Assembly (NCBI RefSeq): GCF_003057965.1
Contig: NZ_CP020921.1
Location: forward strand, 1,600,916-1,664,915
Source: Thermodesulfobium acidiphilum
GTDB lineage: Bacteria > Thermodesulfobiota > Thermodesulfobiia > Thermodesulfobiales > Thermodesulfobiaceae
Reading direction: 5' to 3'
Length of the DNA: 64,000 nucleotides
Shown: positions 50,418 through 59,604 of the stretch, piece by piece
Layout of the letters: every line of letters begins with the position of its first letter
How positions within the stretch are numbered: position 1 is the first letter of the stretch
Translations under genes and position numbers: made by a program
Notes under the pieces: generated by a model
What the model was told of the DNA's origin: nothing
What the model saw: only the letters and a program-made list of their open reading frames with translations
The model's database searches: none

Positions 50418-52580
50418 ATGCTCAAAAACATGTCTTTGCAAGCCAAGCTAATTTTAGTTTCCACGATCTCATTCGTAGCTATCGGCCTTTTAATTATTTG
50501 TATAGTATCCTTCCAGATAACTAGCTATAATCAAACTATGATGCAAAGGGTTGCGACTCTTTCTAACAAAGTGATAGACAAGGATGTAGGCGGAATTGAA
50601 AATTATGTAAGAGGAATAACCAAAGACCTTGCAAATACTCAAAGGATCAAAACAGATATACAGTCAAACAACATGAACGCCCTATCAGGGCTCGTCAATT
50701 CATTTTTAGATCTAAAAGAAAATCCAGATTATTTTTGTATAGTTACCGATCAAACTGGCAAAATAATATATACCACTCTTGGACAAAATTTTGTTGGAAC
50801 CGATCTTAGCGCTCAACCACCAATAAAGGCAGCCCTGTCAGGAAAGTCGGGAGTAGGCTTTGAAACTGCAAAACTAGTAAAGCTAGCAATAAGGGCTTAT
50901 GATCCTATTTACGACGACAGCGGAAAACTTATAGGAACAATACACATAGGCAGAAAGATTTCTGACTCTAATTTATTCGTAGACCAATTAAAAAAAGAGA
51001 CCGGTTCAGACGTTACCTGGTATCTAGAAAATGAAAGGGTAGCTACTACATTACCAGATGTAAAGGTAGGCACAAAGCAAGAAAATCAGAAGATAATAGA
51101 AGAAGTTTTGAAAAAGGGCGAAAGTCCTATTGTAAGAACTGAACATAGCGGCAAGAGCTACCTTACACGCTTTAAACCTATCAAGGATACAAGCGGCAAC
51201 ATAATAGGTATGGTTTCTACTTCAATAAACACTACAGAATACGATAATTACTTTAGAAATATAGTTCTGTCGTTACTTGGCACAATAATTTTAGTATGTA
51301 CCGTATTGATAGGTATTTTCTTAGTTTTCATAAAGAGATCCATAGCAAAGCCTATCAACTATCTTACCAAGGGCATAGAGGATCTTTCTGCGGGTGACTT
51401 TACGCTTAAGCTCCCTGAGATGAACAAAGACGAGTTGGGAAGGATAAGGGAAGCCGTAGAAAAACTAAGAAATTATCTAATTAATATACTTTCAAAGATA
51501 GACGGAATACAAAGCGAAATACATTCGTCCAGCAAGGATATGTTAGAGTCATCAAAAGCCTCCAGACTTGCAGCAGGAGAAAGCAAGAAGGCAAGCGAGA
51601 ATATGGCAGGTGCAGCTACAAGTCTTTCTCAAAGCGCGCAGGAAATATCAAATCAGGTTCAGCAGCTTCTTAACGCAATAGACTCTATCGCATCAGGTTC
51701 TGAGTCATTGGCAAAGAGCGCCTCAAATCTTTCAGAAAAGACAGCCGCTATAGCTGATAAATCAGTTCAAATTGCAACAGATGCAGGGGCAGTAGATGAA
51801 CTAACTAATAATGTAAACCAGGACGCAAGAGAGGGCACAAAGATAATCCAAGAGACACAAAACACTATGAACGCTATAGTCAATTCTGTAGAGAATCTCT
51901 CAAGCGTGATGAACAGCCTCAAAGAGAGGTCTCTTGAAATAGGCAAGATTGTGGACGTGATATCAGGAATAGCAGAACAGACAAATCTACTTGCCCTAAA
52001 CGCAGCAATTGAGGCAGCAAGAGCTGGAGATGCGGGAAGAGGCTTTGCTGTAGTTGCAGATGAAGTTAGAAAATTAGCTGAAGAGTCACAAAAAGCAGCA
52101 GTTGAGATTGGAAAAATGATAAATCAAACAATAAAGGAGACAGAAAACGCTGCAAACTCCATGAACGAAACAAGAAATGATGTTCTAAGAGGATCGTCAA
52201 TGAGCAACAGAACAAGCGAAGCATTTAAAAATATTTTAAGCGCAATAGAAAAACTTTCTGAAAAGATAGAGACAACAACTCACAACATAACCACTATTAC
52301 CAAAGAAGTTCAAGAAATTGAATCAGAGGTTTCAAATCTTGCAGCCCTTTCAGAAGAGAATAGTGCATCAAGTGAAGAGATGGCAGCATCTGCTAAAGAA
52401 ATATCCACAAATGTAGAAGGAATTGCGGCAACCAGTGAAGAGATGGCAGCATCTAGTGAAGAAGTAGCGGCTGCTGCTCAGGAAAGTGAAGCAATGGCAG
52501 AGAAGATAGACCTAGAAGCAAATAAACTAGCTGAAAGAGCAGATGAATTGAAAAACGAATTAAATAAATATAAGTTCTAA
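50418..52580 (+). CDS. Methyl-accepting chemotaxis protein with Cache sensor
   Basis: Two TM, Cache (ERVATT), [24 protein letters not shown]. Confidence 0.96.
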   Translation: MLKNMSLQAKLILVSTISFVAIGLLIICIVSFQITSYNQTMMQRVATLSNKVIDKDVGGIENYVRGITKDLANTQRIKTDIQSNNMNALSGLVNSFLDLKENPDYFCIVTDQTGKIIYTTLGQNFVGTDLSAQPPIKAALSGKSGVGFETAKLVKLAIRAYDPIYDDSGKLIGTIHIGRKISDSNLFVDQLKKETGSDVTWYLENERVATTLPDVKVGTKQENQKIIEEVLKKGESPIVRTEHSGKSYLTRFKPIKDTSGNIIGMVSTSINTTEYDNYFRNIVLSLLGTIILVCTVLIGIFLVFIKRSIAKPINYLTKGIEDLSAGDFTLKLPEMNKDELGRIREAVEKLRNYLINILSKIDGIQSEIHSSSKDMLESSKASRLAAGESKKASENMAGAATSLSQSAQEISNQVQQLLNAIDSIASGSESLAKSASNLSEKTAAIADKSVQIATDAGAVDELTNNVNQDAREGTKIIQETQNTMNAIVNSVENLSSVMNSLKERSLEIGKIVDVISGIAEQTNLLALNAAIEAARAGDAGRGFAVVADEVRKLAEESQKAAVEIGKMINQTIKETENAANSMNETRNDVLRGSSMSNRTSEAFKNILSAIEKLSEKIETTTHNITTITKEVQEIESEVSNLAALSEENSASSEEMAASAKEISTNVEGIAATSEEMAASSEEVAAAAQESEAMAEKIDLEANKLAERADELKNELNKYKF

Positions 52581-52593
52581 TTAAAGATACCTG

Positions 52594-52642
52594 ACACCAC
52601 GGGACAAACTTTCCTTAACATTTTGTCCCGTGGTGTTTTTTT
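52594..52642. terminator. Intrinsic terminator hairpin
   Basis: ACACCACGGGACAAA...TTTGTCCCGTGGTGT followed by a T run. Confidence 0.85.
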
Positions 52643-52835
52643 ATTTTGGAACAAATTCCTTACAAGCCTTTCTTGATGGAAGAAAAATTCTGTCATTCTT
52701 CATACAAAGTCCCGCATCTGCCCTAGTGCTGCCGTATGCAGAACTAAGCACGGTAAAACCCGGAAAGGTTTTCTCAAATTTCCCAGGATCGTTCATAAAA
52801 AAAGAACACTTGGAACAATTTTGCAAACTTTTCAT
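52641..52835 (-). CDS. Small Cys-rich protein coupled to the YeiH exporter
   Basis: ATG overlaps the yeiH stop (TAATG); 64 aa with CSKC...GLC...C. Confidence 0.7.
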   Translation of the reverse strand: MKSLQNCSKCSFFMNDPGKFEKTFPGFTVLSSAYGSTRADAGLCMKNDRIFLPSRKACKEFVPK

Positions 52836-54217
52836 TATTTTAAAGCGCTCCAAAAACCATAAAACACTTGTGTAGACATAAACCACCCAAGAAAGACGTT
52901 TACCAAAACGCCTATTGAAAACGCAGCCGTAGCAGCCCATCCAACCGATTTTAATTCCTTAAATCTGGTTGTCAAACCAATGCTTGCAAAACAGAATATA
53001 AAGGTCCATGTTCTAAGAGAAGAAATAGGCGCTATTAAGTTGGGGCTAACATTTTTGGTAAATTCTGCAGATGAATAACCTGATGTGATTATAGTCATTA
53101 TTATAGATGCCACAAAAAACCCTATTACGAACTTCGGGAAACGCCACCATATCTCCATTGGGGAAGGAGCTACTCCACATTCTTCCTTTTCCCACTTCAA
53201 ACATGCTATAAGCGCAAAAATAAATGACCATATTCCTATCCATATATCTCTGCCTATAACCTTCATTAATGTAAATGCATGAAGAGCAGCACTTTCATTC
53301 CCAACCATATGACCGTAAGAAACAGCTGCCGCAAAGCCTGCTGCATCGGCAAATTCAGAAGTTCCAATCCAGGCACCAGCAACGCCAGCAGGCAAACCAA
53401 GGGCCTTTGATACAAATGGGAGCACAATAATCATTATTAATGCAGCGATAACAACCAGGGTAACTGTAGAGTAAAGATGTTCTTTTTTAGCACCAACCGC
53501 ACTAGCACCAGCCATAGCAGCCGAAACACCGCATATCGCACCGCCCATACCTAAAATTGTTGCAAATCTCTTGTCGAGCTTAAAATACTTTGTGCCGACA
53601 AAGAATATAGTTAAACAGGTAATCACAGAAATTATTGTTGCTTGAGTAATAGCAACAGGGCCAGCAGAAATAATAAGAATAATTGGAAAGGTAGCACCAA
53701 GAAGAACTATACCTGTTTTAATGTAATACTCCACTCTAAATCCATCATCTAACCAAGAGGGGATAGGAAAAACATTTGCTATAATAAGCCCTAAAACAAG
53801 AGCAACTAACGGAGGTTCAAGATTAAAATATTGCGCATATTTCCAACCGCCAATAGCGAAAATTACAATAGAAAAGATATAAAGAAGAGTAAACGACGGT
53901 ATAAACCTAGAAGGTTTAACTCCCATAATTGCTGTAGAAATTGAGAAAAAAACCAACCAGAAAAGATATTGCATGATGTATTGTGGTGCATTTGCTCCGA
54001 GATGAGCGAAAACCTGTCCTATATTATCCCATTTTAGCGCCCCTGGATTGATAGAAATTGCTTTTATAAATGAACTTCCTGAAGCAAAGGCAAAATAGGC
54101 AGCTAAAACAATAAAGAGACCTAGCCAAATAGCCCACCAATCTTCTTTTAGATAAAGATCGGCCCATCTTGATTTTGGTGGAGCACTTTGTACTATTTCT
54201 TCATTCTCATTTGGCAT
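52835..54217 (-). CDS. YeiH/putative sulfate exporter family transporter
   Basis: EDWWAIWLG, IKTGIVLLG, GAICGVSAA, RFPKFVIGF, SIGLTT. Confidence 0.9.
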   Translation of the reverse strand: MPNENEEIVQSAPPKSRWADLYLKEDWWAIWLGLFIVLAAYFAFASGSSFIKAISINPGALKWDNIGQVFAHLGANAPQYIMQYLFWLVFFSISTAIMGVKPSRFIPSFTLLYIFSIVIFAIGGWKYAQYFNLEPPLVALVLGLIIANVFPIPSWLDDGFRVEYYIKTGIVLLGATFPIILIISAGPVAITQATIISVITCLTIFFVGTKYFKLDKRFATILGMGGAICGVSAAMAGASAVGAKKEHLYSTVTLVVIAALIMIIVLPFVSKALGLPAGVAGAWIGTSEFADAAGFAAAVSYGHMVGNESAALHAFTLMKVIGRDIWIGIWSFIFALIACLKWEKEECGVAPSPMEIWWRFPKFVIGFFVASIIMTIITSGYSSAEFTKNVSPNLIAPISSLRTWTFIFCFASIGLTTRFKELKSVGWAATAAFSIGVLVNVFLGWFMSTQVFYGFWSALK

Positions 54218-54573
54218 CTTACTCCTCCCTCCTCACATTTAGCGATAATTTTAAATTGCTAAGAATAAAAAACAAATCTTGATAATAATTGTATAAATTT
54301 AAAGGGCATAAACTAAGAATAGAATCAATAATCCACCACCTCCTAAATCACAAACATAAACCACATAAATGACTTTAATAAATTTATTGTATATTTTACT
54401 AATTATCGTGTCAAATATATTTATGCCTATATTTTTATATAGCTAATTTCATTTTAGACTTATACAATAATATTTGACCGTATATAAATAAAATTGATAT
54501 ACTCATAAAAAACTAATATGATAAAAATAAGATATAAAATATAAACTTAAGCTAGAGTAAACAATTCTAAGGG

Positions 54574-55734
54574 GTGAAGACTTTGCAAGAAGATATATCA
54601 GCTAATTCTTTGAGTACTAAATGGTATGATTTTTTTAACAAATACGCCGAAGATCTATACCCAGGAAGATATACCCATGAAATGTGTAAAAATCTTGCAA
54701 ATATCTATTTAGAAATAAAAAATCTTAAGCAAAAAAAGGATTCTATAATACTTTCTCACAATTATCTTTATCCTGAATTTCATGAAATTTCAGATAACAT
54801 AGGCGATTCTTTAGGTTTGAGTCTATTTGTTAGAGAAAAACAATGTAAGAGAGTCGATTTTCAGGGTGTCTATTTCATGGGGTCAAATAGCAAGATTATA
54901 GTTGGAAATGAAAAGAGACTGTTTATACCGGACAAGCCAGAAAAGCTTGGTTGTTCGCTTGTAGATTCGATAGACATTTCCTTTATAAAGGACTGGAAAG
55001 AAAAACATGATGGTGTAGTAATAAGCTATATCAATAGCGATATATATACAAAGTCTTTAAGCGATTATATATGCACATCTCGAAATGCTGATAAAGTAAT
55101 AATAAATGCCATCAAAAAATTTAAGGAAAAGAAAATATTAGTTCTTCCGGATAAAAACCTGGGGAGGATTATGAAGGCAAGAGCAGTAGATTTTTTAAAA
55201 GAAGAAGGAATAAACTTAAATCCAGATCTCATAGAAGTATATGAACAAAAAAAAGCCTACTGCCACGTACACGAGAAGATAAATTTAGACTATATTTTAT
55301 CTATGATAGACAAACACAAAGAAAGCGATCTTTTAATACATCCGGAGTGTAGTTGTAGTTTTCAGCTCTACGAAATTGCAAAAGAAGACAAAGAGCTCAA
55401 AAAGAAACTTTTTATTGTATCTACCGAACAGATGGTTTCTTCTGCAAAAAAATCTTCAGCAAAAAGTTTTATAGTAGGAACTGAAAAGGGCATGGTATAT
55501 AGGCTTAGAAAGGAAATCCCAGAAAAGGAATTCTTAGCAATAGATTTCGCTCAGTGCGAATATATGAAAGAAAATACTCTTGAAAAGCTCCTTAATTCCT
55601 TAAAAAACGATAAATATGAGATATTTATTTCTGACACAGAAAAAACAGAATCAAGAGAAGACGGTATCTATTTGCCTCGAAAAACTGCAGAATGGGCAAA
55701 AGTTGCAATAGAAAGAATGTTAGAAATCAGATGA
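54574..55734 (+). CDS. nadA: Quinolinate synthase
   Basis: ILSHNY, GDSL, GCSL, YINS, CTS, PDKNLG, CHVH, HPEC, CEYMK. Confidence 0.9.
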   Translation: MKTLQEDISANSLSTKWYDFFNKYAEDLYPGRYTHEMCKNLANIYLEIKNLKQKKDSIILSHNYLYPEFHEISDNIGDSLGLSLFVREKQCKRVDFQGVYFMGSNSKIIVGNEKRLFIPDKPEKLGCSLVDSIDISFIKDWKEKHDGVVISYINSDIYTKSLSDYICTSRNADKVIINAIKKFKEKKILVLPDKNLGRIMKARAVDFLKEEGINLNPDLIEVYEQKKAYCHVHEKINLDYILSMIDKHKESDLLIHPECSCSFQLYEIAKEDKELKKKLFIVSTEQMVSSAKKSSAKSFIVGTEKGMVYRLRKEIPEKEFLAIDFAQCEYMKENTLEKLLNSLKNDKYEIFISDTEKTESREDGIYLPRKTAEWAKVAIERMLEIR

Positions 55735-57290
55735 ACACAATTGATTGCGAAATTTTAATAATTGGAGCTGGAATTGCTGGTCTTACGTGTGCAATAAAGC
55801 TTGCAGACAGAGGTAAAGATGTAGTAGTAATAAATCGTTCAGAAGATCCAGAAGAATCCAATACCAAATATGCACAGGGTGGCATAGTTTGGTGGGGTGA
55901 AGATGACTCGACTGAACTAATCAAGACAGACATTGAAGAAGCTGGAGATGAGGTAGGAAGGGAAAGTGCAATAAAGATTATTGCTGAGGATGGTCCGGTA
56001 TTAGTTAAATCATTCTTGATCGACAGACTTGGCATAAATTTTGACAAAGATCCCTTTGGAAAACTTCACAAAACTCTTGAAGGGGGACATTCTAAAAACA
56101 GAATCATTCACGTAGCAGATCAAACAGGACTTGCTATTCAAAAAGCACTATTAAAGGAGGCAAAAAGGCATCCTAATATAAAAATACTTTCATCAACTAC
56201 TGCAATAGATCTTATAAGCACAACCCATCATTCCAAAAACAGAGATGCAATATATCAGGCAACAAAAATTCTTGGCGCATATGTCCTTGAAAGAAATTCA
56301 AACAGGATACAAAAGATCCTTTCTTCCTATACAGTTATTGCTAGCGGCGGAATTGGGGCTGTTTACGAGTATACCACCAACCCAGAAGGTGCAAGAGGCG
56401 ATGGTATTGCTATGGCAAAAAGAGCAGGCGCTCATGTAATAAATATGGAATACATTCAATTTCATCCAACTGCTTTTAAAAAGGATAACTGTAAATCCTT
56501 CCTTATATCAGAATCTGTCAGGGGGGAGGGCGCAATACTTCTAAACGATAAATTAGAAAGATTTGTAGAGTCTGAACTTTTGCCCAGAGATGAGCTAACA
56601 AGGCTGATATATAAAGAAATGAAAAAGAGTTTTAGCAAGAACGTCTGGCTTTCATGTAAACCAATTATAAAAAGAGGAATAAAGCTTGAAGAAAGATTCC
56701 CTAAGATATTCTCAGATTGCCTTGAATGTGGAATTGATATAAGAAAGGATCTCATACCAGTAGCTCCTGCAGCCCATTATCTCTGTGGCGGTATAAGGGT
56801 TGATGAGTGGGGCAAAACAAACCTTACAAGGCTTTATGCTATTGGTGAGGCATCATGTACGGGTCTTCACGGAGCAAATAGACTTGCTTCAACCTCACTT
56901 CTAGAAGGGCTTGTCTGGGGAGTAAGATCTGCTGAAAATATCATTGGAAATTTTTCAAAAGAAGATATAGAAAGTTTTCAAATATCTGATTGGGACGAAA
57001 GATTTGTACTACAAGAACCTGATAAAAATTTAATTAAAGATTATCTTTCCAGAATTAAAGTTATAATGTGGGAAAGAGTAGGTATTGTGCGTTCTGAGAA
57101 AGAACTTCTAAAGGCAATAAGAGAGCTAACAGAGCTTTCTATAGATATAATTGAAATGTATAGAACATCAAAACTATCAGACGAATTAATTGGTCTTAGA
57201 AATACCATTGAGATAGCCATAGAAATTGCTTCCTGTGCAAGGCGAAACAGAGTAAGCAAGGGATCCCATTATAGGGAGGATTATTTATGA
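55731..57290 (+). CDS. nadB: L-aspartate oxidase
   Basis: GAGIAG, AQGGI, EGGHS, QFHPT, HGANRLASTSLLE. Confidence 0.95.
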   Translation: MNTIDCEILIIGAGIAGLTCAIKLADRGKDVVVINRSEDPEESNTKYAQGGIVWWGEDDSTELIKTDIEEAGDEVGRESAIKIIAEDGPVLVKSFLIDRLGINFDKDPFGKLHKTLEGGHSKNRIIHVADQTGLAIQKALLKEAKRHPNIKILSSTTAIDLISTTHHSKNRDAIYQATKILGAYVLERNSNRIQKILSSYTVIASGGIGAVYEYTTNPEGARGDGIAMAKRAGAHVINMEYIQFHPTAFKKDNCKSFLISESVRGEGAILLNDKLERFVESELLPRDELTRLIYKEMKKSFSKNVWLSCKPIIKRGIKLEERFPKIFSDCLECGIDIRKDLIPVAPAAHYLCGGIRVDEWGKTNLTRLYAIGEASCTGLHGANRLASTSLLEGLVWGVRSAENIIGNFSKEDIESFQISDWDERFVLQEPDKNLIKDYLSRIKVIMWERVGIVRSEKELLKAIRELTELSIDIIEMYRTSKLSDELIGLRNTIEIAIEIASCARRNRVSKGSHYREDYL

Positions 57291-58144
57291 ACTTTAAAGA
57301 TATATTAAAAGAGAGAATCCATCACGATTTAGGCTTTGATTTTTACAGAAAGGATGGCTATCCCTATTCAAAATTTAAAATTATCTTTAAAGAAAACGCA
57401 ATAATTGCAGGAACAATATTTGTCCCTACAATTGTAAAAATTGTTGAAGAGGAGTTCTTCCTTGAAGAGTTTGAAGAATCAAAAAGGTATAAATTTGAGG
57501 TTTTAAAAAGAGATGGTGAACAGACATCTTCAAAAGAAACTATTATGTACATATATGCAAATGCAAACGTCTTACTAAAGGCAGAAAGAACAATTTGCAA
57601 TATTTTATCTGAATTGTCAGGAATTGCCACTCATGTAAAAGAAGTTTTGTCAAAAATAGATAGTAGCGTCTTTCTGTTAGATACTAGAAAAAATGATCCA
57701 CTATTTAGACCTGAACACAAATATGCCATAAGGCTTGCAGGTGGTAAAAATCATAGATCAGGGTTCTTTGATGGAGTGCTAATAAAAGATAACGACATAG
57801 CAATCTCTGGATCAATAAAATCTGCTATTGACAATTCACTAAAGACTTCAAAGTTTTTAACAAAAATTGAAATAGAAGTTGGCAACATTCAGGACTTAGA
57901 AGCAGTTCTTTTAGATGGCAGGGTTGATGCAATATTACTGGACAATATGCCAGTAAAAGAGCTAAGAAAGGCAATAGAAATCATATCACGGTCAAAAAAA
58001 CGCTATCTGGTAGAGGCATCAGGAGTAAGAGAAGAAGATATTAAAGATGTATCCAAAACTGGAGTGGAATTCATATCTATGTCATCACTTATAAGAAGAG
58101 CAAGGTATATAGACGTGTCCATGAAAGTTGATAAATTATTTTAA
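57287..58144 (+). CDS. nadC: Nicotinate-nucleotide pyrophosphorylase
   Basis: LSGIAT, DTRK, NHR, LIKDN, EIEV, LLDN, EASG. Confidence 0.9.
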   Translation: MNFKDILKERIHHDLGFDFYRKDGYPYSKFKIIFKENAIIAGTIFVPTIVKIVEEEFFLEEFEESKRYKFEVLKRDGEQTSSKETIMYIYANANVLLKAERTICNILSELSGIATHVKEVLSKIDSSVFLLDTRKNDPLFRPEHKYAIRLAGGKNHRSGFFDGVLIKDNDIAISGSIKSAIDNSLKTSKFLTKIEIEVGNIQDLEAVLLDGRVDAILLDNMPVKELRKAIEIISRSKKRYLVEASGVREEDIKDVSKTGVEFISMSSLIRRARYIDVSMKVDKLF

Positions 58145-58203
58145 ATATTTTAAGATGCTAAAATATAAGATAAATTCATATATACTTTTTAAGGAGGTGT
58201 TTT

Positions 58204-58770
58204 ATGAAAAAAGTTTTAATTTTAACAGGCGATTGCGCGGAGGATTATGAAGTAAAAGTTCCTCAACAAGCTTTGATGCTTTTGGGCTATGACGTAGAAA
58301 TCAGTGCTCCAAACAAAAAGGCTGGGGATATGCTTCAACTTGTCGTGCACGACTTTACAAACCTTGACACCTATATTGAATTGACTGGGCATAGAATTCC
58401 AATAGATATAGCTACAAAAGATGTAAGGGTAGAAGATTATATAGGGTTAGTAATCCCTGGTGGAAGAGCTCCTGAATACATTAGAAGATATAACGAAGTT
58501 GTAGAGGTTACAAAAAAATTCTTCGTTTTAAACAAACCTGTGGCAGCTATTTGTCACGGCTCACAGCTATTGGCTGCCTGTGGGATATTATCCGGCAGAA
58601 AGGTCACAAGCTATCCTGCCTGTGCTACTGAATGCATAATAGCAGGAGCAAATTGGGTTGATCAAGACGTAGTAGTAGATAGAAACCTCGTAACAGCCCA
58701 GGCCTGGCCAAACCATCCTTTATGGCTCAAAGAATTTGTAAAACTCCTTGGAGCAAAGATAGAAATATAA
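58204..58770 (+). CDS. DJ-1/PfpI family protein
   Basis: EDYE, IPGGRAPEY, AICHG nucleophile. Confidence 0.93.
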   Translation: MKKVLILTGDCAEDYEVKVPQQALMLLGYDVEISAPNKKAGDMLQLVVHDFTNLDTYIELTGHRIPIDIATKDVRVEDYIGLVIPGGRAPEYIRRYNEVVEVTKKFFVLNKPVAAICHGSQLLAACGILSGRKVTSYPACATECIIAGANWVDQDVVVDRNLVTAQAWPNHPLWLKEFVKLLGAKIEI

Positions 58771-58785
58771 TGTGATGTAACTTCC

Positions 58786-58818
58786 CTAGGGGACGCAAAC
58801 TACTTTTTGCGCCCCCTA
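58786..58818. terminator. Hairpin downstream of pfpI
   Basis: TAGGGGACGCAAA...TTTGCGCCCCCTA inverted repeat. Confidence 0.7.
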
Positions 58819-58919
58819 AACCAAAGTTTCAAACTAAAAAGACAAGTAATGGCAATCCATGCCATTTGAAAAGTAGAAGTAGCTCAGGTTGTACAAAATA
58901 AAGATCTAAGCCATTCCAT
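58800..58919 (-). CDS. Candidate 39-aa selenoprotein (CxxU) small membrane protein
   Basis: GGAG RBS, ATG 58919; MEWLRSLFCTT(TGA)ATSTFQMAWIAITCLFSLKLWFRGRKK*; 7-bp hairpin starting 17 nt after the TGA. Confidence 0.45.
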
Positions 58920-58980
58920 AATTTTTTCTCCAAGTATTTTAAGTCTAGCATTATTTTAACATATAAAAATTTAAAAATTA

Positions 58981-59310
58981 TTAAATACTCTTTATGCTTT
59001 TATATAATTCTTCGCGACCTTTAACCTGATCATTCAAAGTTTTTTTAGCATCGTTTACAAGATTTAACACAGATGGTAAATTTATTTTATAAAACATCTT
59101 CTGCCCATCTTTTCTTGAATCTATAATGCCCTGTTTTTTTAAAATTCTCAGGTGCTGAGATAAGTTTGACTGTTCAACGCCTATTTCATTCAAAAGTTCA
59201 CATACACATCTTTCCCTTTCACTCAACATCAACAAAATTTGAATCCTCAATGGGTGTGCAAGGGTTTTAAAAATTTCAGAAATTAATTGATATACCAAAA
59301 CCTTTTTCAT
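58981..59310 (-). CDS. ArsR/SmtB family transcriptional regulator
   Basis: FKTLAHPLRIQIL, ERCVCEL, QSNLSQHL; GGAGG RBS. Confidence 0.93.
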   Translation of the reverse strand: MKKVLVYQLISEIFKTLAHPLRIQILLMLSERERCVCELLNEIGVEQSNLSQHLRILKKQGIIDSRKDGQKMFYKINLPSVLNLVNDAKKTLNDQVKGREELYKSIKSI

Positions 59311-59416
59311 AAAATCCTCCTAAAATTTTAATTGGTACTTTTATAAGATAATAAAATTTTAACATTTATATTATTATATTATAAAATTTTAGAAACAAAA
59401 ATAGAAGTTTTAAATG

Positions 59417-59445
59417 TTTACACAGCAATTCAAATCTGTTAAACT
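59417..59445 (+). promoter_or_regulatory. Sigma70-type promoter for the Mg/NRAMP operon leader
   Basis: TTTACA-N17-TAAACT with extended TG. Confidence 0.6.
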
Positions 59446-59481
59446 TATGCGAAAATATACTTTCTCATGGAGGTGATTTGC

Positions 59482-59604
59482 ATGGATGATATACCCGATT
59501 TATGCTTTATAAGTTTTCCCTTCAATAAACTTTTTTGCAAATCACCAAAAAGTGAGGAGGTATATTGTGTCATTTACAGGCGCTATAACAGAATTCTACC
59601 TTAG
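59482..59604 (+). CDS. Candidate 40-aa leader ORF overlapping the downstream start
   Basis: RBS GGAGGTGA; MDDIPDLCFISFPFNKLFCKSPKSEEVYCVIYRRYNRILP*. Confidence 0.45.
   Translation: MDDIPDLCFISFPFNKLFCKSPKSEEVYCVIYRRYNRILP

Noticed and set aside
52371-52453. 21-bp direct repeat AGTGAAGAGATGGCAGCATCT
   Set aside because: Encodes the recurring SEEMAAS methylation-helix heptads of the MCP; ordinary.
59400-59566. M-box, yybP-ykoY or fluoride riboswitch upstream of the Mg/NRAMP operon
   Set aside because: Conserved core sequences of these riboswitches are not recognisable; the leader ORF and helix explain the region better.
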